Source: Amphiscolops sp. MND2022 (taxonomy: Eukaryota). Taken from it: a stretch of DNA of 64,000 bases. The position numbers were made by a program, and so were the translations under genes. This document shows, piece after piece, positions 38,401 to 48,100 of this stretch (position 1 is the stretch's first letter; each line of letters starts with the position of its first letter). The stretch spans positions 9,674,001-9,738,000 of the forward strand of contig OZ076409.1 in NCBI GenBank assembly GCA_964187785.1, read 5' to 3'. The notes below the pieces were generated by a model. The model had not been told where the DNA came from, searched no databases, and worked only from the letters and a program-made list of their open reading frames with translations.

Positions 38401-40531
38401 TCTGCAAGATCTTTACAGAAGTGTGCAGATTTTCTGTGAAGATTTTTGCAGAAACCTGTTTTTCTGCAGCTTTTAAGGTACAAATATACTGCATTTTTGG
38501 ACTTCTTCAACTAATTCATCGAGTATTTTAGCTGACCTAAGGTCAGTCAGTAGAAACTCTCCATCACTCAAAATTCATGAGAAGGAAATATTGTCCCCAT
38601 CACGGTAATTTTGGTGTCTGGGGAATATTTGGTATGTGTCATACACTAATTTATGTATTTCACTCGAACTTTCCAGAAGCGGTTTTTCAACTTTGAGAGG
38701 CTTCTTTGCCTTATTGACTTCGTTTTGACGGATGAAACTTGACATGTGGCAACCTTCTGGGTTGGTAGATGTATTCATAAAGTGTTGTTGTTGTAATATT
38801 TCGGGAACATGGTTTGTTGGAGTAATTTCAATAATTTCTGGTAACTCGGAATACGTTATAGTAATTTATTCGTCATTGTTTGGCTCTGTAAAGATCTGTA
38901 ATTTCTACAGATCTTTACAGATTGCTACAGAAAAATGTTTTATTGTTTTGACATAAATGAGACTTCTCTCCAGTTTAAAACATTTTTATTGTTCGTTTGA
39001 CATCGCTGTGGGGTTTTTATTGTGTTTCTGAGTACGTCAGTTTTTTTTCGAATCTGCACATATCTGCAAAAATTCTGCAGATCTGCACAGATTCGCAAAG
39101 ATCGAAAACCTGGGTATTTCCTCACCGTGATTTTAGTGGATTTTCAACTAACGGTTTGAAAGGTAATCAAGTACAGACAGTATTATACTAAACATGAGAC
39201 TTTAAAAATAGCGCAAATAAAAGCAAACGTATTTTCTTATCACTAGTTTCTTTGTGTAATTGATTACAATGTGGACTTTCTAATAAAATAAGCTTTTAAC
39301 AACAAAACATTCAAACTTGTGCAACTTTTATATTAAATTTCACCAACTTTTTCACTAAAAACTCATTGAGATAGTAAAGTTTTGTTTTCCATGGATTGTA
39401 TATATAGTTGCCTTTTGCCAGGGCTGGTCCAGCCAGACATAGCCAGGTGTAAAAGTGCTACCGGTCGACCAAGCCTGGCCAGAGATGAAATACCATCGAG
39501 TCTCAGTACGGGTAACTTTTTCCGTGTTTTTAGAATTCGGAAAAAATTTTAATCTACTTATCCGATCGTGTTGTTTTTTTCTCCCGACCTTTCAATGAAA
39601 ACTTCAAATTTCTCGAAAACTGTCCATACGATTTTTATAAAATTTTGCACAGTCATTCTACGCTCAAAGGGGCCCTTGTGTGCGCAATGGCATCAAAATC
39701 GTATTACTGGGATGTGAGAAATATAGCCAAATTTAGCCCAAAAATGGCCAAAAAACATCCATTTTTCGACTTTTTTCGATTTTCTCAAAAACTGTCCATA
39801 AGATTCGAACGAAATTTTCTACAGTCGTTCTACACCATATTATGGTCCTTTCTGTGCAATTTCATCAAATTCTTATGACTAGGATTCGAGCTAGTCAGAT
39901 GGAAAAAGATCTAAGCCGACTCCTTTTACCGCATATGCGGGTCTGGTTACAACTTGAGAATAAATTATCTCCTTTCTAAATATCTTTTCAAACATTTTTA
40001 CATCCTTCTTGCTTCCAGGACTGTTTGGATCCCGAAGCGAGGAAAAACTCAATCGACCATGGTCCCTTCGAGGGTCATTACACGGGTGAGTTGTATGAAC
40101 CAATGCAACAACGAATAAGGGACTGCAAGTTTTATTTCGCCTTCGACAATTCAAACTGTTCCGATTTTGTCACTGAAAAATTTTCAAACGCATTGGAAGC
40201 TGGCGCCATACCTATTGTCAACGGTTGGAGGGACTCTTACGAACAAAAAGTACCTGGATCTTTTATTCACGTCTCTGATTTTGAAAATCTCACAAATTTA
40301 ACGCAAAGGTTAGCTTATCTCTTGGAAAACGAAGATGCATTTATGGATTACCATAAATGGAGATTGAAGTTCAGGATTGAAAGACTACATTTGCAGCCTC
40401 AGTGTCAGCTGTGTGAAAAACTCAACCAATCAAAATCCAACCAGCAGCGATTGCCTACGATCCTCGACTCCGCAAAGTTTTATGAATCCTTGCAGAATTG
40501 TTCTGAAGGGACCTTGCCAAAAGTAACTTGA
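20435..40531 (+). CDS. Alpha-1,3/4-fucosyltransferase (GT10), 450 aa; exons 20435-20576, 27960-28065, 32002-32177, 33919-34334, 40019-40531
   Basis: Type II membrane N-terminus (basic tail plus LILLLCCLWCITATL); GT10 motifs AVVF, RNPEQIWIIVTMET, FNWSMTY, WILSNC, IWGK, KFYFAFDNSNCSDFVTEKF, SFIHVSDF, YHKWR. Intron phases are consistent and total 1353 bp with no stop. Exons 1-2 are less certain than exons 3-5. Confidence 0.85.
21289..21806 (+). mobile_element. Helentron/HINE-like non-autonomous element, nested in an older related copy
   Basis: Subterminal inverted repeat agtcggcgc (21309) / gcgccgact (21793), the latter within hairpin tagtcgg...ccgacta; A-rich ends; internal gggaccctttgg repeats. 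Confidence 0.65.
23145..23560 (+). mobile_element. Further copy of the same Helentron-like family
   Basis: aacaagacgggaacgtctaaagtcggcgc head; internal blocks shared with the 21289 copy. Confidence 0.55.
24293..24471. mobile_element. Small TA-flanked MITE; related inverted copy ends at 27531
   Basis: ta|cccag...ctgg|ta ends, catgg-rich interior; 27352-27531 is similar in reverse orientation. Confidence 0.55.
26665..27350 (+). mobile_element. Probable solo LTR containing a gag-like N-terminal ORF (26951-27307)
   Basis: Ends tgtgacga...tcgtaaca (TG..CA inverted repeat); internal ORF MPTTRNQKRR...; no TSD found. Confidence 0.45.
28891..29433. mobile_element. Mutator/Foldback-like MITE with repetitive TIRs
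   Basis: ggtcatttcgcctaatgccatttcgcctaa / ttaggcgaaatggcattaggcgaaatgacc; duplicated flank atttcagg at 28883-28890 and 29434-29441. Confidence 0.8.
30387..30841. mobile_element. MITE-like repeat with tattttccgccc / gggcggaaaata ends; longer relative starts at ~50468
   Basis: Inverted termini; ~250 bp shared with 50468-50730. Confidence 0.55.
32970..33317. mobile_element. Fold-back element with ~150-bp near-perfect inverted arms
   Basis: atgagatgtccgattgct...gactattttagt is mirrored by actaaaatagtc...agcaatcggacatctcat. Confidence 0.9.
34420..37899 (-). mobile_element. Decayed, 3'-truncated Ty3/gypsy (Mag-like) retrotransposon in fucosyltransferase intron 4; 5' LTR ~37705-37899
   Basis: Gag CCHC (CRNCKTRGHYEKMC), protease IIDSSSP, RT SPAVITVKKDKSVKFALDSRKLN, RNase H TDASKKGLG; many frameshifts; LTR TG..CA followed by PBS tggcacag; no integrase core seen. 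Confidence 0.88.
38316..39114. mobile_element. TA-flanked MITE (Tc1/mariner-like) with ~40-bp TIRs
   Basis: ta|cccagtttttcgatctttgcgaatctgtgcagatctgcag ... ctgcagatctgcacagattcgcaaagatcgaaaacctggg|ta. Confidence 0.88.
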
Positions 40532-40989
40532 AAAAATCTCTAGAATTTTTACAAGTTAGTGAAGTGTTGACGACTAAATAACGGTAGTGAAAAGGCTGGA
40601 TTAGCAACTTGTATTGTACATGTATGTACGAATTCTGTATTCTGGCGAACTTTGGTGCTTTCTCACTTTACTGTTTTTGACAGGTTGTCGATAAATATGT
40701 AAAATATTTCATTTCACACCGACAACTATAATCACGGTTACACCAAGCTCTACCACATGAAGTAATCTGAAATTTCGAACTTGATGATAAAAAATGAACC
40801 AATTTCACAATGTTTTCACATACATACGTTTTGTAGTAAATCAAGATTGTTTATGCATTTTTCATACAAAAGTTTTTTTAGAAATCTGGAGAAGTTGAAT
40901 TAATTCAAAATGTAACAAACATTCCTCATGCAATAGGATTGGTTAGAACAGAGCAGTTGATTTCATCGGATAATATTACAAACTACATT

Positions 40990-41183
40990 TGTGAGAGAGT
41001 GCACTCTCGAACACTCAAACTAAAAAAGAAACAGGTTGTGTAACACTTTATTAAAGTTGTTTACCAACAAAAAGAGTGCTCACAAGAAAAGTGAGAGCGG
41101 CCATTTACCATATGGTCTACATACAATACAGTATTAACAGCTCTATTGTTTTGATTCTTCTTCGAGATAGCATAGCTATAACA
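40990..41183 (+). repeat. 5' LTR
   Basis: TG...CA ends; one visible mismatch to the 3' LTR. Confidence 0.96.
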
Positions 41184-42478
41184 TGGCGCTGCGAGACAAT
41201 TCTTTTGAATCCAGCGGGAAACAAACCACAAGCAGTCCGTCAGCTCTGGCGGGACTGCCAGCTTATTGGGAGTGTCCAGAAGTACCACCTAAAGCAGAAT
41301 GGGAAAAGTGGTGGGAACTTTTCGTAATGGCAATAAACGCCAAACATGCAATATCAGTTACCGAGTTACTTAGAACACCTACCGAAAACAGCCCACGACA
41401 GGCAGCACTACTAAACAATCTAAACGAACAGGCCGCAGAACGGAAAGTTGTCAGCATTTTATTCTTATCACTAGGAGTGGCCGGCAGAAAGAATCTAACC
41501 GACAAATTTCCGTATATGACGGTAGCCACAGCATCACTAGCAGAAATCAAAGAAAGTTGCGAGCAGACGTTTTACAAACCCAGGAATAGAACCCTGGAGC
41601 GATACAAATTCTTCGCACAAAAACAACAGAGTCATGAGTCGTTGAGACAATTCTGGAATATCCTCACGGGATTAGCGGCAAGATGTGAATTTGGTGAACA
41701 AACAGAGGGACTTATCATGGACGCATTTATCCAGAACATGCGACACAAGACAGTACAGGAACGCCTGTGTACTGAGCCAAAAGAAAATCCACAGGAAGCA
41801 CTGCGATTCGCGATCGCATATGAAGAAGATATAAGCCAACAAAAGAATTTCGCAGGAGGCGCAGAAATAAAAACAGAACCAGTAATGGCAGTAGAAGGAA
41901 GAACAACAAGAAATCCATGTACACGATGCGGGTTCGAATTTTCGCAAAACCACTTAGCAGCATGTAAAGCGAAAACAGAGAAATGCAGAAACTGCGGAGT
42001 AACGGGACACTTCGCAAGAATGTGCAAGAGACCAAGAGCTGGCAACTCGCGCGGAGCTGGCAGAAATCAAAATAGTGTCAACATGCGGAGAGTGAACATG
42101 ATTGAACAACCAGCCGACCAATCAGGAGGCAGCTCGGAATGGGACGAGGACAACATTGTACTACACGTAAACGGGGTAGGTGTTAAACCATTTGTGTTGA
42201 AAGGAAAGATAAACAAACAACAATTTTCAACCATGATAGACTCAGGGTCGCCCATAACGATCTTCACGAAGGAAGACTTATGCCAAATACTGAAAACAGA
42301 CCTAATCTTTGCAAGACCCCTCCCGAAAAACGAAGAATACGTTGACTACAACGGCAGACCACTTAATCTGGTAGGATACATCACAGTTGACGTAGAAGTG
42401 GGGAAACAAAAGATGACACGAGCACGCATAGTGATATCAAGAGACGGGAAGAAGTCACTGATTGGTCGCGACTGGTAA
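41183..42478 (+). CDS. gag: Gag plus aspartic protease
   Basis: CCHC knuckle CRNCGVTGHFARMC; protease MIDSGS...LIGRDW. Confidence 0.92.
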   Translation: MALRDNSFESSGKQTTSSPSALAGLPAYWECPEVPPKAEWEKWWELFVMAINAKHAISVTELLRTPTENSPRQAALLNNLNEQAAERKVVSILFLSLGVAGRKNLTDKFPYMTVATASLAEIKESCEQTFYKPRNRTLERYKFFAQKQQSHESLRQFWNILTGLAARCEFGEQTEGLIMDAFIQNMRHKTVQERLCTEPKENPQEALRFAIAYEEDISQQKNFAGGAEIKTEPVMAVEGRTTRNPCTRCGFEFSQNHLAACKAKTEKCRNCGVTGHFARMCKRPRAGNSRGAGRNQNSVNMRRVNMIEQPADQSGGSSEWDEDNIVLHVNGVGVKPFVLKGKINKQQFSTMIDSGSPITIFTKEDLCQILKTDLIFARPLPKNEEYVDYNGRPLNLVGYITVDVEVGKQKMTRARIVISRDGKKSLIGRDW

Positions 42479-45400
42479 CAAAACTAAACTACCGACTCAC
42501 AGAAACACAAAATGAAGGTGAGTGCAAAAACATTGTAAATAACATTGTAAGAAAAGCGGAACTGTCTCCGGAACTAAAACAAATTCAGAAAAAGTTTCCA
42601 AAGGTTTTCAAAAGAACAGGTAAGATCATCGGACACACGATCAAGATCGAATTCAAAGAAGGGGCCAAAATCACGCAACAGAAGGGCAGACGAGTGCCAT
42701 TACAACTACAGCAAGCAGTGGATAAAGAAATAAAGAACCTACTGGAGGCAGGACATATCAGGAAGATCGACAAAGTGACAGACGAGATGTTCATACAACC
42801 GGTGGTAATTACTGTCAAGAAGGACAGAAGTGTCAAAATTGCGCTAGATGCCAGGTCGCTCAACAATGCCATTTTGAAGAATAAATATCAAATGCCAGAT
42901 CTGGAAAGCCTGATGGATAAGATCGCTGAGGTAATTAACAGCAAACAAGAAGGCGAAGTATTTTTCACTTCATTAGATATGCAATACGCATATGGCCAGA
43001 CACAATTACACCCCGAGACGGCGAAGCACTGCAACTTCCAAATTGTGGGAGGAGAAACGACGGGCACATACGCATTCAACACAGGATTTTACGGGTTAAC
43101 AACAATGCCCCCGAAATTCCAGAAGATCATGGACAACATTTTACACGAACTAAACAATACATTCACATTTATCGATGATATATTAATTGTGACAAAAGGG
43201 ACAAAAGACGATCACCTGAAGAAAGTGGAAGAAACCATCAAAGTGTTAGATGAAGCAGGAGTCAGGCTGAAAGTAGAAAAATGCATGATAGCCAAAAGAG
43301 AAACCGAATGGCTGGGATACATATTGTCGGCTGAAGGAATAAAGCCCATCAACGAAAAGGTACAGGCTATCACTGAGAAATTAAGACCAAAGAATTTAAA
43401 AGACTTGCGGTCCTTCATGGGGGCAATAAATCAGCTAAATAAATTTATACCGAACCTAGCCAACATATGTGCACCCTTGAGACCTCTCCTAAAACACGAT
43501 AACGAATGGAAGTGGGAAAAAGAGCATGAAGAAGCTTTCGAGAAAATAAAGGAAGCAATTCGAAAGATCACCGAGTTGAAACACTTCAAAAGAGACCTGC
43601 CCCTAAGAATTATCTGTGATGCTAGCAGAGAAGGGCTGGGGGCGATGTTACAACAGGAACAAGAAGAAGGTTGGGAAACGACCCACTACGCTTCAAGATT
43701 TTTGACGGAGTTTGAACAAAAATACTCGATCAACGAGTTAGAATTGTTGGCCGTTGTGTGGGCCGTGGATTATTTCCGAAATTTTGTATACGGCACAGAA
43801 TTCGAGGTAGTATCAGATCATAAAGCCCTAACGACTATACTAAGAGGTAACAGAGGAAATAAAACATATTCGTCAAGACTTACTAGGTGGTTGGATCGGC
43901 TACTTCCGTTCCAATTCAGGGTAGTCCACGCCCCAGGCCGCACCATGGGAATGGCTGATTATTTGTCCCGGCATCCGTCGGAAATTAAGGGTAACGATAA
44001 CAAAATTAAAGCAGAGGAATTGTGGCACAATTGGTTCACCGTTAATGAAATAACTAAACAATCCAATTCTGTTTTAGACACAGCCAATAGAATTCAACGA
44101 GAAGAGGCAAAACAGCCAATGAGAGAGAAGTTGGCAACTTCGAGCGAACGGCACGCGAAGGTGAAGGCGGAGAAAGTGAGCGAGATAACAAGTGCAAATA
44201 AACAAACAATTAAGCAAATAGCAGCAACCATAACAAACGCGCAAGAAAGCAATCACAGTGCGAATTCAAGCGACAGCGAACAGATTAACAATAACGCAAA
44301 TTCCAGCGACAGCGAACAAATGAGCGACGAGCTAATACAAGAGGCTAACAAGCCACCAATAAAAACGCCACAATGCTACTCGGTGAACCAAATCGAGGTT
44401 CTGCAATCTCTGGGCAATTTTACATTTGTCTCACAATATGAATCCGATGAGTTCCTACAAAGTGTAATTGGGCTAATAAAAAAGCCAGACGCAACCAAAA
44501 TTAATCGACTGTCAACACCGTGGCGCGAAAAGTTTCGATGCCTTAGCTTAGACGAGCACGACTTTATGTATATGGACGAGCGCCTCGTCATTCCAAAACT
44601 ATTGCGACCAATTATTATGCGGTCACTGCATTATGGCCATCCCGGTAGGGACAGTATGCTCGCCACAGTCAGCAACGTATGGTGGCCGAAGTTACACAGA
44701 GAAGTCGTAACAATCGCAAAGAACTGCCCCCAATGCTGTAACGCCGGTAAGAATATTAAAACTATACTAAGGCAAAAACAAGTTGGTAAACTACCTAGTT
44801 GTTCCGAAAATAACCAAGAGATAGCGATAGACTTCGCGGGCCCGTTTCAAAATGCAATTCATGCAAGAAAATATTTACTAGTCTCAATAGATCATTTTTC
44901 AGGTTGGCCAGAAGCAAAATTTTTAAGCAAGCCAACAACTGACAACGTAATAGAGTTCTTGAGAAATTATATATCAAGACACGGGATCCCTAAGATAATT
45001 AGGACGGACCCAGCCACAATCTTTCGGAGTAGAAAATTCAAGGAATTTTGTAACAAGTGGCTGATAAAACATATCGAGTGCCCAATAAGCGATCACCGTG
45101 GAAACGGAAAAATCGAACGGCTAATAAGAACGATAAACGAACGGCTAAGAACAAATAAGGAAATAGTGGTAAGGAGAGACAAGTCTGGGTTATCAGAAAT
45201 ATTATTTGCCTTGAGAATGAACCCATCAAGAACAGGAAAATCGCCGTTTGAAAAATACACTGGAGTAGAACCGAACACGATAAAGAAATTAGTCATAAAT
45301 CGTGACAAATTCATTTCACAAAACCCAGAATTCCCCCTTACAGAGACGGACTTCGAGAGTGGCCAAGACTCAACAATACTGGTAAGGGAACGAGCCAGGG

Positions 45401-46086
45401 GAAGCAAGCTAGAAGGCAGCTTCAAGAAAAGAAAAGGCGTGCTCTTAGAACAGTCGAATCACACAATCACGTTCCTACCCGCAGGTAGCAACAATCCATC
45501 GGTCCTGTCAAAAAGGGACATCGGATACAGCAACGAAAACCAGCCATGCTGCTCAAAAGAGGCAGATAAGAGAAAGCAGACAAAAATAGTGGAGCCGCCA
45601 ACTACAAGCGAGCTGTCAACTACAAGCGAGCGAACAAATAGAAATGAGACAAGCAGCAAAAGTTTACCGCCATATGCAGAAGTTGAACGCGCGCACGAGC
45701 CAATAAAAAGACAGAACGAAAAGAAAGCGCCGGCAATGAAACAGTTCAAGGAGAAAATAGCAAAGAGAAACCAAAAGCAAAAGAAAAGCAAAATCGAAAA
45801 ACGACCCACAATCTGGAAACAATTAGAAAATTCAGACTCAGAAGAAGAAGAAGAACAAAAACCAGAAAAGCCAAATGAAGAAACAATCACCGCGCACGAA
45901 GAGAAGAACGAGCAGAATGAAGAAACAATCACCGCGCACGAAGAGAAGAACGAGCAGAACCAGCCCAAGGCAGAAAAACAACAGAAGGCAGAGCCAAGAA
46001 GGGGGGAAAGGAGCCGAAACAAAACCGAATTCTACGGCCACAATGTGATGATAACCAACATCGACCAGAGCCCGGAAAAGCAATAA
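42478..46086 (+). CDS. pol: Pol (RT, RNase H, integrase), offset from gag-pro by a frameshift near 42476
   Basis: RT FIDD; RNase H CDASREGLG and YSINELELLA; integrase HHCC, DFAGP, RTDPA, GNGKIER; frame is open from 42478. Confidence 0.93.
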   Translation, partial: TKLNYRLTETQNEGECKNIVNNIVRKAELSPELKQIQKKFPKVFKRTGKIIGHTIKIEFKEGAKITQQKGRRVPLQLQQAVDKEIKNLLEAGHIRKIDKVTDEMFIQPVVITVKKDRSVKIALDARSLNNAILKNKYQMPDLESLMDKIAEVINSKQEGEVFFTSLDMQYAYGQTQLHPETAKHCNFQIVGGETTGTYAFNTGFYGLTTMPPKFQKIMDNILHELNNTFTFIDDILIVTKGTKDDHLKKVEETIKVLDEAGVRLKVEKCMIAKRETEWLGYILSAEGIKPINEKVQAITEKLRPKNLKDLRSFMGAINQLNKFIPNLANICAPLRPLLKHDNEWKWEKEHEEAFEKIKEAIRKITELKHFKRDLPLRIICDASREGLGAMLQQEQEEGWETTHYASRFLTEFEQKYSINELELLAVVWAVDYFRNFVYGTEFEVVSDHKALTTILRGNRGNKTYSSRLTRWLDRLLPFQFRVVHAPGRTMGMADYLSRHPSEIKGNDNKIKAEELWHNWFTVNEITKQSNSVLDTANRIQREEAKQPMREKLATSSERHAKVKAEKVSEITSANKQTIKQIAATITNAQESNHSANSSDSEQINNNANSSDSEQMSDELIQEANKPPIKTPQCYSVNQIEVLQSLGNFTFVSQYESDEFLQSVIGLIKKPDATKINRLSTPWREKFRCLSLDEHDFMYMDERLVIPKLLRPIIMRSLHYGHPGRDSMLATVSNVWWPKLHREVVTIAKNCPQCCNAGKNIKTILRQKQVGKLPSCSENNQEIAIDFAGPFQNAIHARKYLLVSIDHFSGWPEAKFLSKPTTDNVIEFLRNYISRHGIPKIIRTDPATIFRSRKFKEFCNKWLIKHIECPISDHRGNGKIERLIRTINERLRTNKEIVVRRDKSGLSEILFALRMNPSRTGKSPFEKYTGVEPNTIKKLVINRDKFISQNPEFPLTETDFESGQDSTILVRERARGSKLEGSFKKRKGVLLEQSNHTITFLPAGSNNPSVLSKRDIGYSNENQPCCSKEADKRKQTKIVEPPTTSELSTTSERTNRNETSSKSLPPYAEVERAHEPIKRQNEKKAPAMKQFKEKIAKRNQKQKKSKIEKRPTIWKQLENSDSEEEEEQKPEKPNEETITAHEEKNEQNEETITAHEEKNEQNQPKAEKQQKAEPRRGERSRNKTEFYGHNVMITNIDQSPEKQ

Positions 46087-46361
46087 GCCAGGAGTTGCCA
46101 ACTCCAAAGAAGCCGTCACCTCACGGTGACATGACAACAAACTCAAAACTGGTACAAATTAGTAACCAGCCAAAACACTAACCATACTATTGGCGCTACA
46201 TTTAGTTAATTGAGTCAATTGGTATAACAAATACCATACATGTAAACAAATTAAACTGAGTACATTACTATTACTATACAGAATCAATGTACAATTTTAG
46301 TTCATCAAAAGCTGTAAATCTGTATTAACCTTGATTGTCCAATCACCTATAAACTGGGGGA

Positions 46362-46555
46362 TGTGAGAGAGTGCACTCTCGAACACTCAAACTAAAAAAG
46401 AAACAGGTTGTGTAACACTTTATTAAAGTTGTTTACCAACAAAAAGAGTGCTCACAAGAAAAGTGAGAGCGGCCATTTACCATATGGTCTACATACAATA
46501 CAGTATTAACAGCTCTATTGTTTTGATTCTTCTTCGAGATAACATAGCTATAACA
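46362..46555 (+). repeat. 3' LTR
   Basis: Direct repeat of 40990-41183. Confidence 0.96.
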
Positions 46556-47299
46556 ACATTGGAACGAAAAACCCGGGCTTTTGTGATATCAGAACAATTG
46601 ACAAATGAGAAGAGCGATTAAAATGACATTTTTAGGTTTCAAAAGACATCCTTGATGATAAACAGAAAATTTTACATCAAGTTTCAGCTTTTTCATTACT
46701 TTTTTCGTAAATTTTTTTTCGATAACATACTCGTGTCGTATGGTAGTTTTATCAGGATCAGTTTATGATTGAAAATATATGCATCATTTTTGTGCTAGCC
46801 TCGTACCAATGAATTTAACATTAAACAAAATTGTTGAATATGTATACATCCAACTCCAAAAAAAGTTCCTCCTATTTTTTCACACTGAAGATGAAGAGTT
46901 TCTCCATCGCTGGAAATATAAAACAAATTCACTGCAAATTCTCTCCCAAAGTTTATTTGATCAAAAAACTACAGTAAATTGACAAAGATGAACGATAGGT
47001 GAAAAAAGATCTTGGAGAAACTAGAAACATTCAGATCATCGAAAACAAAGTCTCGGAGCCTCATATCCAAAAACCAACTTGCCTGCAATGAACCGCCTTT
47101 CAATCAAAATTTTGAAAAATGAATGAACCAAACAATAATCGAGATAAATTTTCCCAGTTTCTCATAAATTCTCAAGTTTAAAAGAAAAACCTCATTTTAT
47201 AAGGATGCACTTATAAGTAAACCCGATAAGAAATGAGAGCGGAAGTTTATATCAGACCGTTTTCGTGAACGAGGAACTGAATCAGGTTGTCACAAGTTT

Positions 47300-48100
47300 G
47301 GAACATCTTTGAAGACTGCAAAAGGTCATCATTAGTTGACGTAACTTGAACTTGCGATTTTTTCTGAAGTCTTTTTTTAAAAATTTTGAAACTAGGTCGA
47401 TTTTAGACGTTGGATCTTATTTATATTCTTCATCGAATCTGAAACTTTGGATGCCTTGAGGAACCACTGAAAACTTATTTTCTTCACACAGTTGCAAAAA
47501 ACAGTCCGATGGTGGGAAAAAAGAACAGAGATCAAACTCCCAAATCTGAGGGGAGGGGAGTCTTCATTTTTGAAACTCCGAAACGATACATTTTTGGACA
47601 CTATCTCCCTATAGGAATCAACAGAACCATAGTTGCAGCCACGTGGTCAACAGATGGTTGGCTTGAAGCTGTGATATCGAAATGACTTGCTCTATGACAA
47701 GGAGCTGTGATTGCTCATTGTTGCTCTTTCAAATCTTTGTTTTCTCCGCCAAACTCCTTATCTTTCACATGACAATACCTATGAGCAGGGGAAGAAGGAC
47801 TTGCTCGGAAACCAACAATGGTGAAATAAAAGTTCGAACGTAATATAGCATCAACACAGGCCTAATGCTTCCACCACTACACCATGATGCTCTGCAAGCC
47901 GAGAAATGCATTAGTCGGAGCACCGCTTAAGAGTAAAAAAGAGTAAAAGTACTTCAAAGCGTCAACGATTCTCGGAAAAAATCTCAATTGCACACTACCG
48001 GAGAAACCTCGATGACGATCTTCGATGGGGCGCTTTGTTTTCGAATCTCCGTCTCCTCCCTAGTAAAATGCAATTCACGTCGGATCTAACGTAAAAAAAA
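47300..48100 (-). pseudogene. Possible highly decayed LINE endonuclease region
   Basis: Only weak fragments (a VDHV-like motif near 47640) on the minus strand. Confidence 0.3.

Larger units (their letters stand above)
40990..46555 (+). mobile_element. Full-length young Ty3/gypsy LTR retrotransposon (Mag-like)
   Basis: 194-bp LTRs, 5-bp TSD acatt (40985-40989, 46556-46560), PBS tggcgctgcgag at 41184, PPT aaactggggga before 46362. Confidence 0.97.
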
